A stretch of DNA of 62,235 nt, counting the filler, from Circinaria calcarea (lineage: Eukaryota), in NCBI GenBank assembly GCA_051942165.1. It is 16 parts of 16 records of this genome, joined end to end, with 100 filler letters (N's around TTAATTAATTAA, not from the genome) between each part and the next. Parts side by side here need not be neighbours in the genome. Positions count along the whole stretch, not along the records: positions 1 to 3,809 come from JAVECS010002613.1; positions 3,910 to 7,718 come from JAVECS010002614.1; positions 7,819 to 11,626 come from JAVECS010002615.1; 13 more parts are not named here. One strand, written 5' to 3'. Made by a program: the position numbers and the translations under genes. The notes beneath the pieces are model-generated. The model was not told where the DNA came from and ran no database searches. It saw nothing but the letters and a program-made list of their open reading frames with translations. This document shows, piece by piece, positions 1 to 11,726 of the stretch (position 1 is the first letter of the stretch; each line of letters starts with the position of its first letter).

Positions 1-661
1 GGTATCGGTGACAACGTCGGCTTCTCTGATCCTGTGTTTCGGCGCAAGTTTAAGGAGAAGCATAATAGAGAAGTTGACGACGACCTTCTACTTGCGAGCG
101 TGGATTGGGTAAAGGACGTGTTTTCAGGGGCTGCTCATACCTGGGATCAGATAGAGCTCCTCAAAAGGGAATGGGATGGCCCCATTGTGCTGAAGGGTAT
201 CCAGCATGTTGAAGATGCCAAGATGGCAGTGGAGGTGGGCGTACACGGTATTATCGTGAGTAATCACGGAGGTAGACAACTCGACGGTGCTGTTGGAAGC
301 TTGGAGGTCTTGCCAGAGATCGTCGAAGCCGTAGGAGATAAGATCACGGTGCTGTTTGACAGTGGCATTAGGACCGGTGTCGATATCATTAAAGCGCTTT
401 GTCTAGGGGCCAAGGGCGTCCTGATTGGAAGACCATTCGTGTACGGTCTGGCGATTGGGGGCAAGGCAGGCGCAAGAGATGTGCTTCAAGGAATCCTAGC
501 GGTAAGACGGACAGTCCGAGGTGGGTTTGGTAGCTACTGATGTGTTGACTTAGGACCTTGATCAAAGTATGGGATTGGCTGGCATTCGTGCAATCGCCGA
601 CTGCAATCGGAGCATGATCAGGAGAGTGCAGTATGGTGGAGACCTCCGATCATCCAATTAA
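1..661 (+). CDS. FMN-dependent alpha-hydroxy acid dehydrogenase / lactate 2-monooxygenase-like, 5'-truncated; exons <1-501, 554-661
   Basis: Motifs IVLKGI, IIVSNHGGRQLD, LFDSGIRTGVD, LIGRP; intron GTAAGA(502)..TAG(553) restores C-terminal DLDQSMGLAG. Confidence 0.93.
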
Positions 662-1615
662 GCTTTATGGATTTTACTAAAGGTGAGAGGCTAGCGTAGC
701 CGAAGAGTGCCTATGGAAGAGGCTGGCGAGGTTGGTAATACACCACATTGATGCTATTGGACAGCATCACTTAAGAGGACCGACATGCATGGCAACAGGT
801 CTCCCACGCATGTTCCTGACTCCAACTTCGTCAATAGTTCTTTTTATACTTGGACTGAGAAAAGGCATGCAGCTTTTCATCCCTTTTGGCTTTGATAAAC
901 GTGTCTCCGAGCTTATCTACCTTGCGTCATCTTCTCTAAGTCGGAAGATCACCTGTAATATGCCTTTTGGTATCATAGCCCCGTAAGCGGCGAGTATGGA
1001 TCTGGGTTAGGCATCATTTATCACTAGCCCTATTAGAATTTCACTGTCATACGCCCTAGAATATCTATCCCTCGGACTGCGTTGATCCCAAAACAGGGTC
1101 AAAGCTTTCTTAGGGCGGCTTACGATATGTACATATTTGTATATTTGTACATTTTGGCCCCCCTCCAGTATCAATGATGACCTCGACGTTCAACGATGGT
1201 CCTCGAAAACCTCGATCCGGTTTAGTGCAGGGTTTGGCTAAGCCTCATTCAGTATCCCTAGCATTTATAGCGTATGATTCCTCTCGGTAGACAAATCAGG
1301 AAGTTGAGGGGCAGGTAGTAGCAACAGTCACAATCAAGAGAACGCACATCTGCTATGACTTCCTGAAAACATCTGTCTGCAACTACTGAAGCATTGCTGT
1401 GCAAACACACGACAAGGAGGATTTCTATGACATAGTACGTACAGTGTCGAGTAACCCTATCTCGGCTGTTCTCATCCTTGCTATATGTTGATAGTCTACT
1501 CTTCTTTGTTAAACATCCCATCTTGCATCCAGTCAGCTCATCGTTTTAGATTATCGAAAAGATTTCTACTAGACTATATCCCCAGTACATTCCACTAGAG
1601 CAGTCGTTATCCGCC

Positions 1616-2437
1616 ATGCGCCTCCCAACGCTCCTCGCCGCCTTCCTCCCCGTCGCCTCCGCCTCCCCACCACTAGAACCCCAGTACCTCCTCTCGAATC
1701 CACCCTCCCCGTCCTCCTTCCAAATTCCCACCATCCACCAATCCGCCATCCAAGCCCGCCGCATCCTTCACCTCTCTTCCATTGCCACCCTTTCCACTAT
1801 TTTCCCCCGCTCCTCCTCCACACTCGACCGTCACCGCCCGCAAAACCTCGGCGGTGATCCCATTGGACTCATGGACTACTACGCTTCCTGCGCTCCCTTC
1901 CCGCAAGACCCTACAATCCTCGCCATCAGTATCGCGACCAGTTTCCGGAACGCGGCCGCGGGGTCAAACATTACGCTTTCGCTGCGGTATCACCCTCCCG
2001 CTTCGCATCCGCCCTCCGATGACATTTATACATATTCGCCCGCCAACCTGCCGCGGTTCAGTCTCCTCGGGCATATTGAGCCGATCCCCACCGAACAAGT
2101 GGCAAAGTATAATATCAGCGGGTGCTTTCTCGAGCATCATCCCGACGCAGAGGCTTGGACGCCGGGGAACGAGATCCATGAGAGCTGGTGGGGGAGGCTG
2201 GTGGTCGAGGAGGTTTATTGGATTGGGGGGTTTGGGGATCGAGCGTATATCGGGTGGATCCCGGTGGAGGAGTGGAGGGGTGTTACGACCGAGGAGGTGG
2301 AGCGGTGTCGGCTGGTGGGGGAGGAAAATATATCGGAGAAGTTGGGAGGAGGGGATGTGTGGGTGGATGAGGAGAAGATTGGACAGGAGAGACTGGGTAG
2401 TGAGTACCAAAGGAGGGGTAGGGCAAGGCTTGTTTAA
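1616..2437 (+). CDS. Secreted CREG-like / pyridoxamine 5'-phosphate oxidase-like split-barrel protein
   Basis: Signal peptide MRLPTLLAAFLPVASA; motifs ARRIL, PIGLMDY, LPRFSLLG, HPDAEAW, YWIGGFGDRAYIGWIP. Confidence 0.85.
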   Translation: MRLPTLLAAFLPVASASPPLEPQYLLSNPPSPSSFQIPTIHQSAIQARRILHLSSIATLSTIFPRSSSTLDRHRPQNLGGDPIGLMDYYASCAPFPQDPTILAISIATSFRNAAAGSNITLSLRYHPPASHPPSDDIYTYSPANLPRFSLLGHIEPIPTEQVAKYNISGCFLEHHPDAEAWTPGNEIHESWWGRLVVEEVYWIGGFGDRAYIGWIPVEEWRGVTTEEVERCRLVGEENISEKLGGGDVWVDEEKIGQERLGSEYQRRGRARLV

Positions 2438-3527
2438 TTGCAGAAGGCATGGGTTTGTATATATGGCAGATGTGAGGATACGGCCGATCATAATGAGCTG
2501 GCTTTCCGATTTCGTGTACACTTCTTACGAGATAGGGGAAACAGGGTCTCTCTTACCACACATCCATTCCATCATCCGGCATCCAAGTACTTCAGAAGCT
2601 CTTCCCGATTCTAAAAGGAGCCAAGGAATATGTATGGCTACAATGGAAGTACTTGCATTTGCAGACTGGTAATGGAGTCGACAGGTTGAGTTGACAATAT
2701 AATACTGGAAGGACCCTCACAACAGGAATCATAGCTTATTCAATAAATACAAACCCTGAACGTGTAGAATTTTGGAACAAAAGACTTGATCTGAGCGGAG
2801 CACCGCTACACTGACTGTTTTCAATGGGCAACGGCTTCTGCTCACCAGCCTTCGAATATAGGTATATGTATTATGCCTGCGTTGATCGAAGTCCAAATAG
2901 ATCCCCGGAAAAACAGCTTGCTTCTCGAGATACCTTGATCTCATTCTCACGTAATAGAAGTTAGAATACTGGGTCTTGCGCAAAGCCCACTGTCCGACTC
3001 CCTGGGGTAATCACGTGTGTCTTGTCAAAGGTGCAATAGGTGGCTGGAGAGGTGAAGGTCAGGTAAAGCGGGATAATTGGCTCCCATTAGGCCATAGGTA
3101 AGGAAGGAAGCTCTCATGTACACCCAAGGCATTGACTCCATTGGTCTCGTTGTCGATTCGGCATTGAGTTGGAATGACTGAAGGCGATAAGAGGATATCG
3201 CACACTAGCCCCACCATTCTCAGGGCTTTTGAGCCCTATTCTACCCGCTGACTCATTCGTCCGCTAATCTCTCGTGGGAACCGCAAACTCGATATCATTC
3301 CACCATCGACAGGCCGCATCTTCAAAGCTTCATTCCTCGCTCCTATCGTGTGAGTTTCTCCCGGGCTGAATTCTCCTAGACCCTATCGACTTGCTCGCAA
3401 AAGCTTCGAAAATACTAGTTATCGGGTTGACTTTGTTACTGACCACAGAACTCGCCACTTTAGCCAACCTCACCACATCGAACCGAAAAAATTCACCCCA
3501 CGTTAGCAGCAGCAGCAAACCGCAATC

Positions 3528-3809
3528 ATGGGAAAGGTTCATGGATCCCTGGCTCGGGCCGGAAAGGTCAAGTCGCAGACGCCCAAGGTACGTCGAACAT
3601 CTGTTGCATCGCCGATGAGATCACCTCCACAATCGCATTCTTCGAGTTTGCCTGTTGATGGTCTCGGCCGGTCGTCTCGATTTACCTGGGATTCTGTGGC
3701 TAATTCGGGTTATGATGGAATAGGTTGAGCCGCAAGAGAAGAAAAAGACCCCCAAAGGTCGCGCCAAGAAGAGAATAACATACACGAGGCGGTTCGTCAA
3801 TGTCACCAT
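3528..3809 (+). CDS. RPS30: 40S ribosomal protein S30 (eS30), 3'-truncated; exons 3528-3587, 3724->3809
   Basis: MGKVHGSLARAGKVKSQTPK / VEPQEKKKTPKGRAKKRITYTRRFVNVT; intron GTACGT..TAG. Confidence 0.97.
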
Positions 3810-3909
3810 NNNNNNNNNNNNNNNNNNNNNNNNNNNNNNNNNNNNNNNNNNNNTTAATTAATTAANNNNNNNNNNNNNNNNNNNNNNNNNNNNNNNNNNN
3901 NNNNNNNNN
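3810..3909. other. Artificial contig-joining spacer, first of 15 (others start at 7719, 11627, 15532, 19433, 23334, 27234, 31131, 35027, 38922, 42815, 46703, 50589, 54472, 58354; each 100 bp)
   Basis: Identical N-run + TTAATTAATTAA + N-run; genes are truncated at these points; contig lengths decrease monotonically 3809 to 3782. Confidence 0.98.
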
Positions 3910-6900
3910 GATCCTCGGAACGGAGAACACCTATCGCCCAACGAAGTACCGCTCATGAATGTTACGTCGAATACCACGTCCAAAAGTGTTGTCCTCGAAG
4001 TTCGAGTCAACCCGACCACGGTTCCTCGCGTTGCGATAGGTACTCTACCCGAGTCCTGGACATAGACTACTCGGTCCCCGATCGTAAAGTGTTGATTTCC
4101 TAGACGACTCTCGGCGTCGGACGGCTTTAACAGAGCGTTACGGGGAACGCCTTTGATTTTCTTGCCTTCTACCGGTGGCCCGTTGCGCACAGCTTCGTCT
4201 GCAGCTTGTTCGATTTTCATAACCACTTCCGAGTCAAGCTGTTCCGCCTCCAATGGTACCTTTTCAAAGCTCTTGGATTCTACCAACTTTAACCAAACCT
4301 GGATATCTTTGATCTTACTCTTATAATCTTGTCCGGGGTAGAAGTCAGCTGCATCATAAACGTTACCCTGCGGGTTTCGCTGAATTCCAGCGATAAATTC
4401 TGGAAAGTTGACCATATACTGCTGGATTAAGTGGATTGCCTTCCCACTAAATTCCCAACCGGTTGGTCCGCGGCGGGAGTACCCAAGCACCTTGAGCTTC
4501 TTTGCCTCAAACTTCAAGTTCAATCCCAGATTCACTCGTCCTTCGTCTAAGCTAACTTGAAAAGCCGACGTGATCTTACTGAGAACCAAAGGGTTTAAGC
4601 CCAACATTCTTGCCACAGCAAAAGACGGAGTGTACGGCGAATCCCGCTCGGCGAATCTTGCAATCTCACGACCGAACTCAGATCCCTTACCTTTGACGGT
4701 CGATATCCATATGTCTGCCCGATTGTCTACATGTCGGATGATCTCTAGCGGCCGACCGTAGTTGAAATCTCCTAGGAAAAACGCTCGGGCACCTTCAGGA
4801 AACTCTTCTTCGATGGACAGAGCTGCTTTTTCTAGGAACCGTTGATCCTCGCTCACAACCGCGTCCACGACCATTTGAGAGGCGTAGTCTGTTTCGATGC
4901 CTGGTATATGGGCATATTCCTTAATTGTAGACCCATCATCGGTTTTTCTCAGTCCTTTCAGTATCTCTACATGCACCAGCGATTCGACGTAACCGATTAT
5001 CATGCCCAGTCTCTTGCTGTAGACGTTTTCAATCCGCTCCGCTTTCCTCCGCCATATATCGATCTCTGATGGACCGTGGGGAACAGCGATTGGTGATGCG
5101 CCATCACTCGGTGAAGGGGTGTAATCGAACAACTCATCTGAAACCCGCACGACTTTTGCTTCCGACAGGAAAGGATATCCGACATGTACCCTGCGGCCAA
5201 GATGTTGCTTGGCGAATTCAACTTTGGTTCGGGAATCTGAATCCAACATGGTAATGATCATGCTTTCGTTCCTGCTATCCTGCTGGAAAACGCTGACACC
5301 ATGAAAGCCGAGAGCGCCATGGAATGGGAGAGTACGGAGGCTAGGGAACCCGGCGAGGGCAGATTCACCAAGCTTGACCCCTTCAATGAGTCCCACATGA
5401 ACATCTAGGCCATCCATAGTTGGCAGGTCGAATATATTTTCAACACAGTGACAGTGCGGCAAGTTCGGAAAGACTCCCACGAAAGACGAAGGATACGTGA
5501 AGTCTAGATCAGGCGAGTAAGTGAACTTTAAAGATACTCCAAACTCATTGCGAGCCTTTTCATCGTTCGAAAGCAAATGATCCTTAGTCTTCATTGCCTT
5601 CAGTAGCCGCTGCTCATCAATGAAGGGGATTTTAACCACAGCCTCCCACTCCATTTTCTTGCCGTTCATATCAAGTTCAAATTCTCTGGGATAAAAGTCG
5701 ATGATTGGGGAGTCAGGGTTGGTCATCAGGTCATGATACGAAGTGGGAACAATGCTCTTGCTTCGGTCCGGTAATACGCCCATGAGCTGCTGATAAGGCC
5801 TAAATGGCTGGCCAAGTTGGAAATCGATATTTGCCTTGAGCCCCTTCCGAACGTCTGCATGCTATTAGCATTCATACTTGGAGGATGCATTACGGAGCGA
5901 AACCTGAGATCATAGGAGAGTAGTGGTAGCCGTAATACCATGGCCATGATACCACGCCACGATAGTAGTAAAACAAAACCCACTGTAGACCTTGAACGTA
6001 GTTCTCCGCAAGCTTTCGCATTTCCTCTTCGTCTTCGAGAGCCCATCCAAATTTGCCCTTGTAGTATTTATCTTTCCAGGTCCGAAATTTCTGTTCGTAC
6101 TTCTGATTCGTCTGCTCCTGTGCCTGTTCCGCCGAAACATCTACTACCTTCGCATTTTCATATCGTCTGATCACGCGGAGCAAGGCTATTTGGGCTTCCT
6201 CGTCTTCTTCCTCGTCATCTTCGTTATCTTCCAATGGCTCAGGAAAGCTGAGACGGAGATGTCTCTGACCATCGCTAGTTGTGATTGTCTTCCATTGGAG
6301 GCGGAGGTCTTCAGCAAGATCTTCCACAAATTTCCTGTCCCGAGCAGGTAAGGTTGAAGGTAGGTCTAGTGGCCTTTGCTGTTTATCAAACGACCGGTTA
6401 TTGACATATGTTTTGACTTGCTTGAATATCTCCTTCTGGGCTGTAGAGACGGACAGCTGGCCTTTCTTAATTTTCTTTTCTGTCTCCATGACGTCCACCT
6501 TGGCCATTTGCTTCCCTTTGAACCAACTCGCGTCGGCGTTTTCGGCTTCGAAGAAGCGATACTCTACATCAGCTAGCTCCTCGAGTAACAACGAAAGCCT
6601 GTCTAGGTTGATAACGCCACGCTCGTTGATGTACCCGCCGGCTTTTGGTAGTATAGACTTATATACTTTGAACATGAGTGCAAGAGCACCTTCGTTGATG
6701 TGTAGGTTTGGTAGATTCGGTAAGAAGTCGTTGCCCACAAAAAAAGCCATCAGAATGAAATCGTCAATTACTCGCTCCATATCGAAAGGGAATCCCAAAA
6801 CGCCCGGCTCCTTCAGCTCTTGGAATTCTAGTTCCAGATATTCTCGTACAATGCAAAGATGCATCAAGTAGAAGTTTTGGTGTTCCAGCTCCTTTGACTT

Positions 6901-7714
6901 TTTCTGACTTTGCCTGCCAAAGGTAACCTCTTCTCGCAACAGACAGAAATGGGGATCATGACTGAGGAGACCCAACATAATCAAATCTGCGTCGAGACCA
7001 TATAGACAATGCCTAATATTTGGATCATAGTCCGGCTGAGCCTTTGCAAGTCGTATATACTCCATGATCTTGTGTTCGCCTTCTCCAGGGACTTCGTGAC
7101 CAGACAGTACGACCTCCACGCCCTGCCAATCAACATCTTCAGAAACTTTCTTATTGATGAAATACTTCAATTGTCGAGTAAGTTTCGCCATAAATTCAGT
7201 CCCTACCCCCATGAGCTCGAAGCATTAGTCGGCATCAACGACACGACAACTTACCTGGAGTAATGCAGTTACTGTCGAATGCATCCTCTGCAGGTAACTC
7301 AACCCCGTCTCGTATGGCCTTCTCCTTTGCATTTTCTGCATCCAGAGCAGTCCTGAAGCGCCTCGCTCGTTGCTGATTCATCTTCGCCCTGGGCGCTACA
7401 CCATCTATAGCCATAAAGAAGAGTTTCTTGGGCTTGATTTTGCCAAAGAGATGCTCTATATAGTTGAATATAGCAATAAACATCTTGTCTTCAGTCATTC
7501 GGAACGTTGGAGAGTCCGAGTCCTTGTGCGTGCCTGGCGGGTCTGTCAGATACTACGATACTCGTTTTTGATCATACATATAGTACAGACAGTTATGGAT
7601 GATTCCGTTCATATCAAGATAAAGACAGTCGAATTCCGGAATCCGATTCTCAGCAATGAGCTGAGAGATGGCTGGATACCGCTCGCTCAGCCAGCGAAAG
7701 AACTTAGGAACCCC
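3910..7714 (-). CDS. XRN1: 5'-3' exoribonuclease 1, truncated at both contig ends; exons 7714-7591, 7533-7255, 7202-5904, 5854->3910
   Basis: [78 protein letters not shown]. Confidence 0.97.
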
Positions 7715-7818
7715 CTAANNNNNNNNNNNNNNNNNNNNNNNNNNNNNNNNNNNNNNNNNNNNTTAATTAATTAANNNNNNNNNNNNNNNNNNNNNNNNNN
7801 NNNNNNNNNNNNNNNNNN

Positions 7819-7958
7819 GCACCCTGCTCACCTTGCTCACTCTGCTCATCTCCCTGAGCACCATGAGCATACTGAGCACCCTCGGTGGTGGAGGTTCCTC
7901 CGGTCCGCGGTCCTTCCCGACCGGGTTTAGTGCATGTCATGGCGGGCACGCCATAACA
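7819..7958 (-). mobile_element. 5' part of an LTR, same family as 46365-46702, cut by the contig end
   Basis: Reverse complement begins TGTTATGGCG..CCATGACATGCACTAAA.CCGG and carries TGCTCA/TGAGCA internal repeats like the 46365 copy. Confidence 0.7.
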
Positions 7959-9109
7959 TATTTTGGGTACTTGTAAGGCCGTAGAATACTTTACTTGTAA
8001 GGTATCTAAAGCTAAGGTATATAATAATATGAGGCACGAGCAATACGATGGCTATACGCAGTGTATGCGAGAACTAATCATTACAGAGGAAGAAATGTGC
8101 GAGTGAAAGGTTTTCACTATACGCCAAGACGCCAACTAAACGAGGTATCGCCACCCCCTAACCGTAGGGCCTGACAGTACTATTTTATATATTAATTTAA
8201 ATATTCTAAATTATACGTTAAGCCACTGCCAGAAGAGATCTTATTAATACTCCATTCCATCTCTTATTTTAAATATAGTTTTGGATAACGTGACTCATAT
8301 ATTGCGCACGGCCAGAAAAGAATAGACTCGATCCTATTAATACTTCATTCCACTTTTTATTTTAGATATAATGCTTAAGCGGTGAGAAAAAGCTAAAGAT
8401 TAACTGCGTAAATCGCTGACTTTAAAATCCTTAGTACCTTTTAGTATACAGAGCTAATAATTAGCGGATCATGGGTAACTTTTTTTCGAGATGTCAAAAA
8501 ATTAAGCGAAAGCCAGCTACCTCAGAAATGGGGGGTGGCATGTTGTAGACTCGGAATAAGGTGGTGATAAGGTAATGGGAGAATATTCGGGGCGATTTCG
8601 GCGGGTGGCTACTAAGGTACAAATAGGTCAAGCTCGTTCGGTACTTGTACCTATTAATAAAACCGCTAGTAGTGTAGGAGTCCGAGTTTCCTAAACCCTC
8701 GCTCTAGGACATCCATGGAGTCTGGTGAAAAGGCGCCATCCTTGCAAACATCAACAACAGGTCAAGGTCGCATGTTGATTGGACCACTTCCGGCTGATTG
8801 GTCGGCTGTACATCAGCTAGCCTGGGTCGGAGAAAAGTGTAGGTACCTGTCTCAAACAGTTCGACGTCGGATAACCAGCCAGTCATCTCCCCTTATGAGA
8901 GAGCTAGAGATCTGATACCGGGTGTTTATAAACGCGTCCTTGGATACGGAGTCTTAAATGATAAGTACGGAGCAAATGTCACGTTGCCCGCTTTGTGCTT
9001 TCTCTTCTTCCAACCTTCGCTCTCAACTCTTCCGTTGTCCGTCCTGTATGGATTGAACTCAGTCATTTATCTACTTTCCCGATCTTACCAATTTGCTATC
9101 GTGCCAAAG

Positions 9110-10571
9110 ATGCTTCTACCGGCAGTTCTTCCAGTTTACTTGTTCCTTACAATCCTGCATACGCCTGGTACTGCTGCAGAACTGGCGCTTAGCCAATTAC
9201 CATTATGGGTTGGAGCGGGCCCGTGTGCCCAAAGCTGTGCATCTGTTGTCCATAGTGAATACTCAACCGCTCTAGGCTGCCCTCAAACCAACGCCGCTGC
9301 CTGTCTGTGTTCTCTAGGGCCAGTATCACTTATTGCAGAGGCCGCCAGCGCTTGTTGCAGCAATAAGTGTCAAGGTGCAACCTCTACGCGTTCGGCCGTG
9401 GACTATGCAAGGCCGTACGCTGGTCAAAATCTGATGTCGTCTTACTGTAAAGTTAACGGGTTCATAACTCCGACAGTAGCACCCAATCCGGCCACACTTG
9501 GTATGTTTGTTATCTGGGACATCGGCTTTGAGACTAGACAAGATATACTAACCGATCGCCGGCTTGATAGTGGCTGCAACGAAATCATCTCAGCTATCTA
9601 CTAGTGGACCTAGACCTTCAAGCACTGCGTCAATTGTGCCGAGCACGTCAACCCCTCTAACAACCGTGATCACGTCTTCCCAATCATCCGTGATTCCTAC
9701 TCCCTCGGATTCAGGTTTGAAATCATCCGGGAACAGTCTGTCGGCCGGCCTGAGCAGACTAGCGATAATATCCTTTACTTTTGGAGGAGTGGGAGCAGCG
9801 ATAGTTCTTGCTGTTTTGTGCATGGTAACCGTCGTCAATCCTAAACAATGGAGGACCCGGGTTATTCGACGTCTTAAAGGATACTTGATGGGTTCGCTCT
9901 CTGGATACAATCAGGACCACCATAATAGGGAGGGGGAAGCGGAAAAGGCCTCGGAATCTGGCTCAAAACAGAACCAGAGAATTAATAATTCTTGTCACAA
10001 CTCAGTTTTAGCTGACGAAAATACTGAAATACCTATCGGTTCACTTGTCGGCACTGACTGCTTATTGTCCGAATCAGCTGCATCGGAAGGATTCCACCTT
10101 TCAAGAGCAGTATCTTTAAACTCCAAGATGGTTAGTCACGAAGAGTACCAGAGACTTCCACATATCTGACAATCGAGGTAGGATATCTGGAACCAGCGAA
10201 TTTGGATGTACTCCCAGGTTCGAGATGAGCGGGTTGCCGCAACAGCAATTCTCGACACCGGTACTGTCGATAATTGGATAAGTCATGAAAAGTTGGAGGA
10301 AGGTAGATTTGAAACACAAGCAGTGGATGATACTATTGGTATTTATCGTGGGTTCGCTGGAACCTTCAGGCCTACACTCAGGGTGGTTATTTCTTGGCAT
10401 GGTGTGAAGGCTCACAAGCACCGGACGACGCCCTTCTACGTTGCACCGGACCGAAGCGGATTCGATGTAATCTTTGGAAAAAAGTTCATCGCTGAAGAAT
10501 GCATCTTTCTTCCTAACCCAAACCCTCATGTTTTTAGTGGAGGTATTAGGGAATACTGGTACGTTTTGTAA
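9110..10571 (+). CDS. Single-pass membrane protein: signal peptide, CFEM-like Cys-rich domain, Ser/Thr stalk, TM helix, cytoplasmic retropepsin-like aspartic protease domain; exons 9110-9500, 9571-10130, 10182-10571 (extreme C-terminus uncertain)
   Basis: Intron 1 GTATGT..TACTAAC..TAG (phase 1) and intron 2 GTTAGT..CTGAC..TAG (phase 0) join three ORFs in frame (about 446 aa); PCAQSC..C..CLC..CC..C..YC; TM LAIISFTFGGVGAAIVLAVLCMVTVV; AILDTG and DVIFG motifs. Confidence 0.7.
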
Positions 10572-11373
10572 TCAACGAAATGGTAATCTTTCGGCAACTG
10601 ACTGAATCTTTTCAACCCAGAGCTTCGATGATCTACCGGCTATGTAAATGATAGATTCGGAGGATGTTTGCTTTAATGATTTGCATTGGTGGTCCGTCTG
10701 TTGGTATCGCCACGGGTGCTTTGTTTACGTACTCTAGAAGCAAATGCGAGTTTGTTCTTTAGATTTAGATTGCCAAAGGGTCGCAGTTGATCGATACTAC
10801 TCACCAAATAACTACAGGGGACGAGGAAAGGGTCGACGTCCAAGTGAGCATATCTGAAGCTAGGTTGGCCGTAGCAGTCGCTGGTTCAGATCAATTAACG
10901 TTACTCCATCTATAAACGCTTCGCAGCTTATTTACTTACATAAATGTCGATTCTGACTGTTTCCTCATACTTGCATGTTTGAAGACCCTTGGTAAATTCT
11001 CTGCAAGGCATTTTGAATTCATACGTTTTGGTTACATTACCGCTGTCGCTTCTACGATTTCGCACAAGATAGGTGCACGTTCTACGTGAAACCTCTGCTT
11101 CGTCTCAGAAATTCTACGGCGCTTTTTGCAATTTCGAACTTCCCTTATGGGTCCAATTCAGGTGTAGGGTGGTATGATTGAAGCTTGATGTCACACTTTC
11201 AAACCACGATGTTTGCGCGGTGAAGAATAGTCCTTGTTTGACACCTGTTTCGTTCTTTTCTATAATACCAACCCTTTTCCATCTACATGATTGTCTATGT
11301 AGTTCTAGGATTCCTTGGTTAATCTTGAATGCTTGCCGAGAGCGGTCGTGCCTACCGTGGCAAAATAATCAAC

Positions 11374-11626
11374 ATGTTTGTTCTCGAGCTCATGAGTATT
11401 CTCCTCCATCTAGCAAACGTCTACTCCGCCCCTACAGCCATAAATCTCGATACACAGAACACGTAAGCCCCCTTCATCCAAACAAACACCTAACCAACCC
11501 ACCACAGCACCACCCTATCTCCCGACAACAATGACACCCTCACCCTCCTTCACTATCACCATTTCCCCCGCTCCCTTACCAAACGCGACATCATTATCAT
11601 CCTCAATCGCTGCAAAGGCGACCAAG
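11374..11626 (+). CDS. Putative secreted prepro-protein, 3'-truncated; exons 11374-11462, 11508->11626
   Basis: MFVLELMSILLHLANVYSAP signal-like; intron GTAAGC..CTAAC..CAG keeps frame; Kex2-like KR before DIIIILNRCKGDQ. Confidence 0.45.
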
Positions 11627-11726
11627 NNNNNNNNNNNNNNNNNNNNNNNNNNNNNNNNNNNNNNNNNNNNTTAATTAATTAANNNNNNNNNNNNNNNNNN
11701 NNNNNNNNNNNNNNNNNNNNNNNNNN

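Noticed and set aside
1782..2672. Long alternative-frame and antisense ORFs over the CREG-like gene, and similar shadows over XRN1, the PKS and RSC8
   Set aside because: No motifs; explained by codon bias of the real gene
10206..10571. Protease ORF as a free retrotransposon remnant
   Set aside because: No gag, RT or integrase nearby, the frame is intact, and it is preceded by an in-frame splice acceptor with branch site
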